Origin: Octopus bimaculoides
Lineage: Eukaryota
Length of the DNA: 64,000 nucleotides
Assembly: GCF_001194135.2 (NCBI RefSeq)
Contig: NC_068987.1
Span: forward strand, 3,695,408 to 3,759,407
Direction of reading: 5' to 3'
Both the position numbers and the translations under genes were made by a program. The notes under the pieces were generated by a model. The model did not search any database and was not told where the DNA came from. It saw nothing but the letters and a program-made list of their open reading frames with translations. Of this stretch, positions 11,393-24,680 are shown in pieces (the first letter of the stretch is position 1; every line of letters begins with the position of its first letter).

Positions 11393-13466
11393 GAATATTT
11401 GTGTGTGTGTTCATATATGCACACACACACACACACACACACTTTTCCTATTATTAGTTTCTTAACACATGTTTTATTTTATTGTTGCTTCTTTTTTTTT
11501 TAATTGTTTATGGAAAATTTTCTGTGTCTAATGTAACAGAGATAAAGAATTCTTGTTAGAAGAAATCCAAAACATTTTCTCTCATTTACAAAATTATTGC
11601 AATGCTGACATGACTTCATTGAATGTCTCTGTAACACATTTTCTTATATTATGATCATATTCCCAGTTATTTCAGCCAGTTTTTCCCAATCTTTCTTTTT
11701 GTCTGTTTCAACCAAAGTCTTTCTCCAATTTGAACAGTGAAAAGGTTTCGTATTTATAAGTGTCGTTTTGGTCTCAACTCATAGTTCTAAATGAAGTTTT
11801 GTAGATGTGGACCAAAGACATTACTCTCTCTCTTTCAATTCATTTAATTGTTGGAAATAGGTAGAAGAATCTGGGTACATTGGTTGAGACTAGTGGAAAA
11901 TTTATTACTTACAAACCAAAGAGATGAGCCTTGAAAAGTCCTTCTGGAATAAAGAGGTGGTTAAATGTGCAGGAGACACATAAACATTTATACAACACTT
12001 TCACTCAAGATGTATCCACAACCGATGCCATGCTCTCTCTCTCTCTCTTTCTCTCTCTCTCCTCTCTCTCTCTCTCTCCCCTCTCTTCTNNNNNNNNNNN
12101 NNNNNNNNNNNNNNNNNNNNNNNNNNNNNNNNNNNNNNNNNNNNNNNNNNNNNNNNNNNNNNNNNNNNNNNNNNNNNNNNNNNNNNNNNNNNNNNNNNNN
12201 NNNNNNNNNNNNNNNNNNNNNNNNNNNNNNNNNNNNNNNNNNNNNNNNNNNNNNNNNNNNNNNNNNNNNNNNNNNNNNNNNNNNNNNNNNNNNNNNNNNN
12301 NNNNNNNNNNNNNNNNNNNNNNNNNNNNNNNNNNNNNNNNNNNNNNNNNNNNNNNNNNNNNNNNNNNNNNNNNNNNNNNNNNNNNNNNNNNNNNNNNNNN
12401 NNNNNNNNNNNNNNNNNNNNNNNNNNNNNNNNNNNNNNNNNNNNNNNNNNNNNNNNNNNNNNNNNNNNNNNNNNNNNNNNNNNNNNNNNNNNNNNNNNNN
12501 NNNNNNNNNNNNNNNNNNNNNNNNNNNNNNNNNNNNNNNNNNNNNNNNNNNNNNNNNNNNNNNNNNNNNNNCCCCTCCCATAATGGCAGATGTCCATTAT
12601 TGTGCCACCAATGAAAGATCTCTAGATACCATCATAGAAAATACAGTCACAATAAATCAAAATTCCTGAAATGTTCTTTGTATTGGATGTTGACACCCAT
12701 TTGTTCTTTGAGAAGTTTTTTTACCATCTTTTGATCTGAGGGTTGTTGGAATTGTTAAACTAGAACAATAAATTACTTCAGTGGTGCTGAAGAAATCTCT
12801 GGAAATGTACATGTGATGGCATATCAGCTCGTTTCTCGATTATGGCTGCTTCAGTCTGCTGCTAATTGTTCTTTATTGCATGAGTTTTGTCTTTGTTATC
12901 TGGAATGCAAACTTTCCTTTTCTGCTCTTGATTCTTATCATTTTGGTAAGCATGAAAAAAACTGCTCTTTTACTCTCAATTAGCTGCTTTATTTCATTGT
13001 TGTTCTTATTGATTGTTGCTTCCATCATCATGTGACCAAAAAATACCATCTTCCACAATTATTGGAGTTGTTCTTCAATAAATTCAAAACATTTTCCAGA
13101 TATTTTTTCCAGTTTCTGTGTTTGTTGTTAATTATTACCTTAATTTATAACGAGCTTTTATATGACCTTAATTACATAATGAGTCTTTAACTCAAAGCTT
13201 TATCTTTCAATTTTTACATTATCAATAAAATTTTTTATTTCAATAACTTTCGTTAACATTTCAATTTAATGAGTTTTCTTCGTTTCCTTGCATGCTATTG
13301 ACATGATCACATTGTTATAAATATTTCATAACATTATTTCATCCTGTTTTGTTTTCAATCTTGTAATTAAAACTGATTAAACTATTACATTTGTAGATTT
13401 TTACAAATTTTGTTAATGTTTCTACATTGTTATTCTTTGATATGATACCTTTTGGCAGACTGCTGC

Positions 13467-13497
<31 letters not shown>

Positions 13498-13711
13498 CAT
13501 GCACTCATAGATAGATCTTTTGTTGTTGTATTAATTGGTTCTAGCTGCAATTCTCCATCCTACCAGGCGAGCAGTAACACGGAATTTATAATCTTCAGAC
13601 ATTAGATGCACCGAAACTGCACTTGTACTCTGGCCTCCATGGCTGATGAGAGGATTTCCATTTTTATTTGTTCTTTTTGTCTTTTTCCATTAATTGTTCT
13701 GATGTGACTTG

Positions 13712-13748
<37 letters not shown>

Positions 13749-13769
13749 ACATGCATACACAAACATGTG

Positions 13770-14065
13770 TGGCTTAGTGGTTAGGACGTTCAACTCATGA
13801 TTGTAAGGTTGTGAGTTCAATTCCTGATGGCACATTGTGTCCTTGAGCAAGACACATTGCTCCAGTCCTCTCAGCTGGCAAGAATGAGTGGTACCTGTAA
13901 TTCAAAAGGGGCCAGCCTTGTCATACTCTGTGTCACACTGAATCTCTTTGAGAACAACATAACGGGCACACATGTCTGTGGAATCCTCAGCCACTTGCAT
14001 GAGCAGGCTGTTCCATTGATCAAACCAACTGGAACACTTGTCATAACTGAAGTGCCAGTTAAACA
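13770..14065 (+). mobile_element. tRNA-derived SINE with CORE-like 'gtgtccttgagcaagacac' segment
   Basis: 'gtggcttagtggttagg...gagttcaattcc' A/B-box head. Related heads occur at about 6225, 48472 and 50435. Confidence 0.7.
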
Positions 14066-14108
14066 CACACACGCTCTCCCTCTCTCTCTTTCTCTCTCTT
14101 TCTCTCTA

Positions 14109-14140
<32 letters not shown>

Positions 14141-15064
14141 AAAGTCTCTTTCATTCAACTTTCATCTCTTTATTGCTTATTTCATATATAATGTTTGAAA
14201 TTTAACAATGCTGCCTCTCAATCGTGTGTTACATGTTATCAATGCGTTTTATTCAGTATCCATTCCCTGTCATCTTCTGCCTATATTTTCCCACATGTCC
14301 TAACCATTTACAAAGTGAAGAATTGTCTTCAGATTCTGAGTGGTTTATTTATTTATTTATTTATTTGTTCCTAAAAAATTAAAAAAAGAAACCCTCTTCT
14401 TTATAATTTTCTTCACTGATTAAAGATGAAATAAGAGGAATGTGTGAAAGTAGTATAATATGGAGGAGGAAACTGAGTGGTGGTGTGAGTGTGTTGAAGA
14501 GGAGGAGCAAAGGGTACAAACAGTGGTAGGAGTACTGAAGTGAAATAGTTATGGCAGGGTGTAATGAAAGAGAGAGAGAGAGGGAGAAATAGTAATGACA
14601 GAAAAGAGTAGGAGATAGTGTCATCAGCTAAATGTGTGCTGGTGAAAGAGAGGGGAGAGATAAAGAGAGACAGATAAAGGGACTGAGAGAGGGAGCAAGG
14701 GAGTAAATAGTTGTAGAAAAAGTCTATGGTAAGACTATGATTTATGTCAAAGGATTGACCTGAGTGAGGGTGAGTGGTGCATAAGAGTATTGGAGTGTAA
14801 ATGGTGGTGGGTGGCTGTATCTGATACCAGCAAATCTGTCATTACTCGGGACATAGTGATGTGAGGGTAGTAACAGTAGAAAGGTATAGATAGTGGGTGG
14901 GTGTGGTGGTGGTGGTGGGGTATGTAGACAGATGTAATGTTTTTCTTGATGGCACAAGTGGCAGCATGTTATGATTAGAAAGGCTGATAGAGTAATGAAA
15001 TAGCATCAAATAAACAAGAAGCAGAAGATGGAGACATGAGTACAAAACAGGCGAATGGCTCAGA

Positions 15065-15245
15065 TCATTATCATCATCATCATTTAACATCCGTTTTTCC
15101 TTGCTGGCATGGATTGGGCAGTTTGACAGGAGCTGGCAAACTGGGATAGCTGCACCAGGTTCCAATCCCTGTCTTGAATTAGTTTCTATGGCTGGATGCC
15201 CTTTCTAGCACCAACCACTTTACAGAGTGTACTGGGTACAGTAAA
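15065..15245 (-). mobile_element. Repeat family B (reverse)
   Basis: (CAT)n start followed by the reverse complement of the core. Confidence 0.7.
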
Positions 15246-16131
15246 TGCCAATGAATCTCTCTCTCTTTCTCTGGTCATAAGTTACCTGACTAGAATAGTG
15301 ACGTTCTTGTAATCCTAGCCACACACATCCTGGTCACTTTACCACGTGTGCCCTGCATCTATAAACAGACCCTTTGTAAGCCGGTTCCATTGATCACCTG
15401 GTATCTTGCAACAGCACAAAGTCACGTTCCCTACACTTATCAAAGGGACAGTCTTATACTACACTTCCTCCTGGCATAAACAACACACAACTAAAAGCCT
15501 TTCCTTCTCCCCCCCCCCTCTCTCTCTCTCTTCAATCAACCCTTGATATTACAATCTCTGATGATATTACCAGATCTGCTTACCAAAGACAAAGCCTCTT
15601 CTCAAGATTTGACAATTCTTCACCATTCTACCACTTCTCACTTATTTGGAGTGATACTGTTGCTAAACATACACACACATTCACAACTTTTAACTTATGA
15701 AATGAAGGCCACCACAGCTGTTTGTCAAATACTCACTCACCTGTATTGACTTACTACTCAACCCACACTGATCCTTCTTCCTGACTCTTCAATTACTTTT
15801 TAAATAACCAATTCCTCCACTGCCTGCATCCATTCATCTTCCGTCGTCTTGTTATCCCTACACCAAACCTCTGAGATGAAACAGTTTGTCCAGTTAGGCT
15901 TCTCCTGATCTGCAAAGTTTTGGAATTCCTTCACCACTTACGTTTTTTTTTTCCGATGGGTTTTCATCAACCCCCCACTGAACATTAAGTAGTCTGTCTG
16001 GACTGACATGGGTGATGGGCCCCTCAACCTTTGACGAGGTAATTAATGAAAAAGGGCAAGAAAAAGCACTATTAGGTATTAATTAAAAACACACTAAGCA
16101 GCAATGATTAAAATAAAGCTGTGCACATTTA

Positions 16132-16380
16132 TATTGAATTGGTGCATAGTTATTGCAGCATTTTTGCAACAAACTGTATTCAACAAAAACAATATTTAAT
16201 AAAAACGTCTTTAAATGATTATTCTGGAGCATATTCACCATCTACTTCAATTACTGCTTCCCATTTGTTTGACAGATGGTTAGACCATCATTTAAAGATA
16301 TTTTTGTTAAATAGTGTTATTGTTTTTCTTGAATAAAATTTGTTGAAAAATAGCTGCAATAATTATGCACCAACCCAATA
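16132..16380. mobile_element. Tc1/mariner-type MITE
   Basis: TA-flanked imperfect TIRs 'TATTGAATTGGTGCATAGTTATTGCAGC' and rc 'TATTGGGTTGGTGCATAATTATTGCAGC', similar to mariner TIRs. Confidence 0.75.
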
Positions 16381-16439
16381 GTCAACATATTCAAATACAC
16401 CCAAATGTGGAAAAATTTTCACTGTAGTAACTCTTGGAA

Positions 16440-17760
16440 GAGAAATTCTACTTATAGATAATTGAAACTACACCATTGTGCTATGGATATCATCTCACTT
16501 ATATGACTACAGGCCATGTTTCTGTGTTGTTATGCTTCATCAGCTACACACCAAATGTTTTGATCGTAGCTTACTAAGAACTGCTGTTATGTATACAACA
16601 AACAATAAATTTGCTGGTGTGTGCAAGGCTTTGTCAAGCTGGAACTAATTAAAGACACACTAAGCCACATATCGGTAAACTTGGGTAAATTACCCTAAGT
16701 GGGGTAAAACTCTGTGATTTTCTTTCTTTCGAATCAAGGGGGTAACATCAGCATAAATAAGTATATTTGGGGGTAATTGGTTAAAAAAGTTCCCTGCACT
16801 AAGCAGTGATAATTAAAATACATTGAGTTTACATGAATGAGTTAAAATCACTGTCTTGCAAGAGCAATTCTCCCTATAAAAAATGTGTGTGAAAAGACAT
16901 GGAGCTGGGCTCTGATTGTAGGACAAGTTTCTGCATTGTTACATATCATCAGCTGCAGACTATTATTTATATTTAGTCAGGAGTGGAGCTGAGAGAAGGT
17001 TCAGTACAATGATAGTGAGAGGGTTGAATTCGTAAGCAACATTTCTCTTTGGATCGATGCCATTACCAAGAAGAACCCCTACAACATACACACAATGTTA
17101 GTACTACTCTGACATTTTTCGAGCAAGAATCAGTGGGACAGTGATTGCCCGAAGGGGAATCCCCTAACAGACCAGAGAAGGCAGCTGATCCCAAAAGTGA
17201 AAATCACTGAAACACAGAGAGAGCAGTTATACCTATAATTAACGAGATTGTGTAGGAAAGTGATAACCTCCGTGACTGGCGTTACAGTGTCATCAACTGA
17301 TAGCAAGGTAAAAGGGATCCACTTGAAACATGGTCCTTAAACTAAGGGGTCAAGCTGTGAAAGTTTCAGCCATTGGTGCACTTGTGTAATTAATAGGACG
17401 ATCAACCATTTAATGAATTCTCTGAGTTGATAGTTTCTATTAAACGGTGGTCTAATTAGTGCTGAGTCCATATGGAAAGGAAACTGCATGAAGCATAAAT
17501 TTTGCTAGGGATGGGAAGAGATGAGGTAAGCATAGTTCTTTGGGTGTGTAACAGTAACCCTCATGAATGGTAAAGCATAAATAAGCTGAAGAAATGACCA
17601 AGTGTTAGCTGATGTGTACTGGTGAGCTCACTACACTGGTATAGACATGTGATGTGTACAGAGGAGTGGGTGGGGAAGAGCTGTGAGATCTTAGGGAAAC
17701 CACTGAAAAGAAAGATCAGTGAGGGGAATGATGAACCCCACAAAAGATGGATAACTGACT
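16440..17760 (-). mobile_element. Decayed Penelope-like retroelement 3' end with tandem pLTR-like repeats and two hammerhead remnants
   Basis: Two 41-nt hammerhead-shaped motifs at 16508-16548 and 16917-16957 within a direct repeat of about 410-bp period. The upstream minus-strand sequence weakly resembles the GIY-YIG region ('NLVNYRYNCSLC'). Confidence 0.6.
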
Positions 17761-18518
17761 GAGACAACTATAATCTACTTGTTACCGTATTTCTGTTGAG
17801 ATGCTCTGTGTTTCTTTCAATTAATTTTAAATATAACAAAGAATTTAGTAAAATAACTTAGTTATCATTAAGCTAGTGTTAGGAACATGAATTGTGACTA
17901 AGGTTTGGTGGAAGATTTTAATTCAGAACTTACGAAACCAAGGCATTTGTACTCAGAGCCAGAGGCGGTTTCAGCTGGGTTGGTATTGAAAGGGTCATAA
18001 AATCTCATTGTTTATGATTAAATATCATTAGGAATTGTATTAAAAAAATTGCTAAAATATTTTGTGTATTGTAAAAGCATAACAAATTTATTGGTGATAA
18101 ATTTTAGCAATGGACTCTTCTATGGGTCCCCAAGGGCCATGTGGAACTTGGTTGAGAACCATTGGTCTAGTTCTTGGAATATTTTATGGCTGCCTGCAAT
18201 AACCTCCCTGGCATCCTGGAATCTTTGTTTTGCTACCTCAACGCACTTCTTTCACCACATCTTCATCTTTGAAGGTCCAAAGACAACTAAATGACTGGCA
18301 GCTCACCATGAAATCCTTGCTCAATTCTTCTACTTCAAACACACCTACATGCTCCTGTCTGGTTTGTTTCTTTGTAGTTGCATGGTCTGTCTACACTCCT
18401 AGCCTGGTCACTCAGCCTTTGTCCTCTTTTCACACTAACCACCTTTCTCCATAACAAAATTATGTTCCACTGCTTTGGTCATCTTGACCCTAACATGGAC
18501 TACTTACCCCTGCCACGT

Positions 18519-18564
<46 letters not shown>

Positions 18565-19149
18565 TTTCTCATTCTCTGTTATTATCTCCTTAGCTATTTC
18601 CTCTTCCTTTCATCTAACCTATTCACTCCTATTTTGTTTTTCTTTCTTTTTTTTTATCACTTCACCCAGTTCAGCCATTACTTAAACACTTTTCATTAAA
18701 ATGTCTTAATAGGAAATGTCAGTTTTATTGTTTGTTTGTTTTTTCGCCCCCTCATCACAACTAAACTTAACTGACATCTACAGACTCTCTTGAATTTTCT
18801 AGTACAGACTTTTGCATTTTTTTTATTTTGTTGTATCAAGAGAGGGTCATTATACAATAACACATACACACTGATTCTAGTTCACTTCTTTACTTTTTGT
18901 TAGTTGATTAACAATTTAACCAATTGATTAATTGTTTACTCAGTCAATCAATTAGTAGAGTTTGTCTTTTTGTCATCCCTCTTAACTTCCTCAAAACATG
19001 CCCTCTATGAGTCCAGATCTTCTTCAGGTCTGTCTGTCGAGTTCACATAAAGACTTTTATTTTTAATCCGAATACAAAAACAGATTTTCTTCGAGCCAAC
19101 CATGAAATACTCCTCAATAAATTTGGGCTCTTCTTTATATTTTACTCTT

Positions 19150-19454
19150 TTATTTGTTTCAGTCATTTGACTGTGGTCATGCTGGAGCACCACCTTTAGT
19201 CGAGCACATCGACCCCAGGGCTTATTCTTTGTAAGCCTAGTACTTATTCTATCGGTCTCTCTTGCCGAACTGCTAAGTTATGGGGACATAAACACACCAA
19301 CATCGGTTGTCAGGCGACAGTGGGGGGACAAACACAGACACACAAACATATATATATATATATATATACGACGGACTTCTTTCAGTTTCCGTCTACCAAA
19401 TCTGCTCACAAGGCTTTGGTCGGCCCGAGGCTATTGTAGAAGACACTTGCCCTA
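19150..19454 (-). mobile_element. SINE family A (reverse)
   Basis: Reverse complement of the family A core and tail. Confidence 0.82.
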
Positions 19455-21892
19455 GGACTCTTCTATGGGTCCCCAAGGGCCATGTGGAACCTGGTTGAGA
19501 ACCATTGGTCTAGTTCTTNNNNNNNNNNNNNNNNNNNNNNNNNNNNNNNNNNNNNNNNNNNNNNNNNNNNNNNNNNNNNNNNNNNNNNNNNNNNNNNNNN
19601 NNNNNNNNNNNNNNNNNNNNNNNNNNNNNNNNNNNNNNNNNNNNNNNNNNNNNNNNNNNNNNNNNNNNNNNNNNNNNNNNNNNNNNNNNNNNNNNNNNNN
19701 NNNNNNNNNNNNNNNNNNNNNNNNNNNNNNNNNNNNNNNNNNNNNNNNNNNNNNNNNNNNNNNNTATATATATAAAATTTATTTTCAAGAGATGAAATTT
19801 TTCCTATATATAGGACACATTGAAGTGCTCAGTATATTTGAGGCATAGGGAAAATTATGATGGGACAAAAGATAGGTTACTAAAATATATTCTGTTGTAA
19901 AATAATTATGTGTGCAAAATCATGTGCTAAAAATATATTGATATATAAATGTATAAATATGTTAAGGATATATGATATATAGTCCTACTTATAATAAAAA
20001 CCGTATTAAAATTTTATCAATACTGGTGGAGTGCAGAGAATATTGTAAATCCATATAGATGTTTATAGTTTGTTAAGATCCCATAGCTGTTTCTGGGGGC
20101 ATAGTGATGCAAAGATGTAATAGAATATGTGCATACATATGTATGTGTGTATGTTTGTATTTCCTTGTCTTGGCATCACATGATAGTTATGAATGTCATT
20201 ATCACATAAGCAGTGTCGTTCATTTCTAATAGTTTGTAAGAACATGTCTGGCCATAGGGGATTATCTTTCTTGGAAACAGGTGAGGGTTGGTGACAGGAA
20301 AAGCATCCAAGCATAGGAAACGTGCCTCAATGATAAAATTCCCTCCAACCTATGCAAACATGGAAAATGGACATTACAACGATGATGATACGTGTCTTAT
20401 CTCATTATTCTTGTGTATAATTCGCAACATTAAATAAATTGATATGTCATGAGGAGAAAGGAATTTCAACATTATGAACTTTAATAACTGGTTTATTACT
20501 CATACAACCTATCTGTTTTATATTTTTTCTCATTTTTTTTTTTAACTTTATTGTTTATTCTTTGACTTTTTGCATGGCAGACTTAATCTATCCCTCAGTC
20601 AACACCTTGCCTTTTTCTTGTTGCCTTGCATAAGTCTTGGAGGGTCCTAGGGCAACCTCACTCATTCTCTGATAGTTCCTTGACAGTTGCTCCCAGGAGA
20701 CAGCAGTTCTTGGTTAATCGCTCCCCTGACGTTTATAGGTTAAAGTTTGCAGAACATGCTAGAGTGTAGGTTGAAGCAATTATCTAGACCGATTATCCAG
20801 AGGTTGTTGTTCTGATGGTGTCTGAGAGGCTCTGAAACAGAACATTGGTGGGTGCTGCCTGACTAAACCATTGAAAAACATTATTAAAATCATCAAAATT
20901 TACAAGAATATTTAAAATTTTTCAAATCTCAGTTACAACGTGAGCAAACCAAATAAAAATATGAATTAATGAATTTGAAAAAATATGTTTTGTTAATCCT
21001 GGAGTCAGTCTTATGTGGAACAACTAATTGCTGAATGTTAATCCTGGAGTCAGTCTTATGTGGAACAGAATTTGTATACAACTAATCTCTGGATGAGATG
21101 AATGAATCTGCAGCTTTTGTGGAAACCAAGATATGAGAGATTAAACATATCGTAGAATAACGAGGGGGTGGGGTTAGATTTCTGCAGATTACTGATATCT
21201 AATATCAGCAAGTATAAATTTTGGTAAAAACAAAAAAAAAAAAAACCAAAGCAACATTTGAAGTTTCCTTTAACTCATTCATTAGCATATTTCTGTTGGA
21301 ATGCAATGTCTTTGTTTCAGTTCATTTTGAAAACAACAAAGAATTTATAAAAATAACTTTGTCATTATTAGGAAAATTTAACATAAAATTTAGAGAAAAG
21401 CTTTTAATTTAGGCCATTTAAATACTGGATTTATAGCCTAGAACCAAGGATGGTTTCAAGTGGCTGGGAATCAAAAGAGTTAAAGAAGAGCATTTGCTAT
21501 GTCAACCAGGGTTTTGTGTCTGAGAACAAAGTCCCTCTTCAGATAAATAAGGTGATATATCTGTAACAATGTTGTTATTGTTTGCCCAAGTCATCCCTGA
21601 TTGCGCAGTTCTATGGTAAAAAGCATTCCAGTGAAGACCACCCCATTGAGGGGAGGGGGGAAGTCAATTACTTAACTGGGGTTTATTTATCCCGAAAGGT
21701 AAATTCAACCACAGTGGAATTTGAGATCAGGTCATAAAGACAAACGAAATGCCACTCAGTATTTTGTCTGGTACGCTAATGGTTACAGCAGGTTCTGAAA
21801 GCAGCATTTCTAATCCATGGGGTTCTGAAAGGGTCTCTACTTGAACTAAATCGATGTGTTGTTTTAGCTTGGGTTAATATCTTTTATCAGCT

Positions 21893-22375
21893 GTCAAACG
21901 ATGGTGGGGGGAAAAACAGAGACACACAAATACACACACACACACGTATATACACGATGGGCTTCTTTCAGTTTCCATCTACCAAATCCACTCACAAGGC
22001 TTTGGTCAGCCTGAAGCGACAGTAGAAGACACTTGCCCAAGGTGCCACGCGGTGGGACTGAACCCAGAACCATCTGGTTAGAAAACAAGCTTCTTACCAC
22101 ATAGCCACACAACAATAAATTCAATAATTCCAAAAGTGAGTGCTGTTGTCTCTTTTTTTTTTTATGTTATCTGGGATTGCACAGAAACCTACACCCACAC
22201 TTAATATACATACATGTGACTGATTCCACACAGTTTCCATCTACCAAAGACACTCAGAAGGCACTGGTTGGTCTGAGACTATAGTAGAAGATACTTACCT
22301 AAGGTGCCACACTGCAGGATTGAACCTGGAACCATGCGGTTGGGATGCAAACGTGTTACCACACAGCCACACCTT
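21893..22375 (-). mobile_element. Two partial SINE family A copies (reverse)
   Basis: 'ttcagtttccatctaccaaatccactcacaaggctttggtc' and a second, more decayed copy at about 22215-22375. Confidence 0.75.
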
Positions 22376-22719
22376 GCCAATGATTTCTGTCACAGAATGG
22401 AAAGTTCGAATTATGCTCTAGATTGTGGATGGAGTGCATAGATAAGTGAGTGTGTTTGGCAGTGACGGCAACTGAATCATTGATGTGAAAAAAGGAAAGA
22501 GTTTGTACGAAATGAGGCCATCGCAGAAGTTAGGGTTAGTTTAATGGAAGAAGAATTGGAAACGGTTCCATTAACATGGTGTAGTGAAGTATTCAGTTAG
22601 AATAAACTCTGGTGCAATCAATTATTGATGGGCAGCTCTACCAAGAGATTTTCATGGAGATATTATAGTGAAACGGTTTGTTAACAGGAAGAAGAATAAC
22701 AACAATAGCATGAATATTA

Positions 22720-22944
22720 CATAGGCAGATTTGTTGCACTCACAAGAACACACACACATACGCACATGTACTCTCTCTCTCTTGCACACGCATATGCACA
22801 CATTCTTTTGGTCAGACACAAATACTCTCTTTGTCTCCCCCTCGCTCACACACACATGTACTCTCTCTGTCTCCCCCTCGCTCACACACATACGCATACA
22901 CTCTCTTTTGCTCATACACATACACTCTCTGTCTCCCCCTTGCT

Positions 22945-22976
<32 letters not shown>

Positions 22977-23070
22977 CTCTCTTTCTCTCCCTCACTCACT
23001 CTCTCGCATACACACACACATACTTACATATACTCTCTTTCTCTCCCTCGCTCACACACACACACACACA
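22720..23070. repeat. Compound (CT)n/(CA)n microsatellite-minisatellite
   Basis: Recurrent 'ctctct.tgtctccccctcgctcacacacac' units. Confidence 0.9.
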
Positions 23071-23256
23071 TGTACGTGCCCTATTTCCCTTCTGTCTTAT
23101 CGTCTTATCAGTCTTAACTTGTTTCTACTAAACCACAAAATAAACTTTGATGCTAAATGTTTCCCATCAGAATTATTGGCAAAGAACCAACGCTTGAAAC
23201 ATACCACTTTCATCAGACTAGTTGACTACAGATGACCCACATACCCTGCTGATAGC

Positions 23257-23287
<31 letters not shown>

Positions 23288-24158
23288 TATTATTATTATT
23301 ATTATTAACAGTGGTAGTAGTAGTGTTGCCTGGCACAAAATGGTTCCAGCAAATAGATACAAAGAGAGCAAAAGGTTAAAAAAAAACAACCTACTGGCTC
23401 TCTGTCTAATACGTCTGATGTAGTGGACCTGGGTAGCTCTGTGTCCTGAAAAGGATGTTAGTGCGGGGTGCAGGCAACCAGTGGTTGGGCCACATGCAGT
23501 TTAAGGCTTAGGCGACCTGTGGCTGGGTATTGTGCAGTGTATGGCATAGGCAGTCTGTTCTTGGCCCACATGCAGCTCCTCGTGACTTTGTGTATGGCTT
23601 GCCTTGTGGCATGATTATTTAAAGATAACTTTTTATTCCTTAGGGTGACAAATTCAAAAGAAGGCTATGTCTGGTCACTTAGAATAAAGTGCTCCAAGAT
23701 GAGTCTACACCACCCTGCTCAACGAGTGGTTAAGCAAATATATAATGTATTCTTTCTTTTATTATCTATTTTGGGTTCCATTGCTTCTGTTACATCATTC
23801 ATCATCTTTATTTATTTATTTCTATGTATTGGACTATGTCAAATGTACAAAACATAACAACCACACAATCCATGCTGTTGATTTGCTTACTCAAAGGTGA
23901 CATTTCAATAGATGTATGTGTTGCTAATTTTTCTGAGTGCCATTCCATTTCCCATTTTTCAGGTCAGCCAGAAGCAAACCAATTCTGTGTTTCTCCAGCA
24001 CAGCATAGCAAACAAGCTTGCTAATATAGCTCTATATTTAATCTCTTCTATATTTTGAATCACTCTTATCAGTTTAAATATCATTGCCTTGTTTTCTGTT
24101 GTTTTTTCTTCACTATTTACAGTCATGTTTCAGTTAAATTTTATTTATTTAATTTTAG

Positions 24159-24264
24159 AAAACATTCACCTCTTCTGAAATTCCTCTTGAAGTGGTTGAT
24201 ATTGATGCTAAACTAAGAGAACTTGAATTGAAAGGTCGTCAGTTAGAAGATATCATTAGAGCAA
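24159..24264 (+). CDS. MICALL1/2: MICAL-like protein exon, bMERB (Rab-binding coiled coil) helix 1
   Basis: TTTTAG acceptor and GTGAGT donor. KTFTSSEIPLEVVDIDAKLRELELKGRQLEDIIRA resembles bMERB 'LxELExRGxxLExxLR'. Phase 0 to 1. Confidence 0.9.
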
Positions 24265-24603
24265 GTGAGTTGATACCACATTTTTCTTTTTATTTTTCAG
24301 TTAATCGTTGAATATTTTCAAAGTCATTTATTACTTTTCATTTTTTTTTTTATCATTTTTAATTCTAATCTAAAATCAATCTAAGAAAATAATCAGAATT
24401 AACTCTTTATTCGTTCAAATCATTTCCATAATCTTATTGTAAACATCCATGCTTGTTTTCAGGACTTCTAGTTCATGGGAATTAATTTGGTTTAGTATGT
24501 GGGCAATATATGTTGGTACTTTATTAATTAGTGGGTAATATACTTCTGTTTTGCAACCTTTGATTATCTGCCAAGTATCCTGTGCATCACATATGATGCC
24601 CTG

Positions 24604-24604
<1 letters not shown>

Positions 24605-24675
<71 letters not shown>
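24605..24675. repeat. (TA)n microsatellite
   Basis: Long perfect TA run. Many other (TA)n, (CA)n, (CT)n, (ATT)n and (CAT)n tracts occur across the window, often beside gaps. Confidence 0.95.

Positions 24676-24680
<5 letters not shown>

Noticed and set aside
11931-12669. Long ORFs in the track spanning N-runs (also at about 19.5, 28.4, 45.5, 54.4 and 59.7 kb)
   Set aside because: The open frames are caused by N bases and microsatellites, not by coding sequence.
18112-19518. 64-bp duplication (18112-18175 and 19455-19518) containing a Charlie-like TIR end
   Set aside because: The second copy abuts a gap and includes identical flank beyond the TIR, so an artefact cannot be excluded. No matching left TIR was found.
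20991-21067. 32-bp direct repeat with a 13-nt spacer (similar small duplication at about 31808-31853)
   Set aside because: A simple local tandem duplication with only two units and no further structure.
22652-23235. His/Thr/Leu/Ser-rich ORFs
   Set aside because: They are translations of (CA)n/(CT)n repeats.
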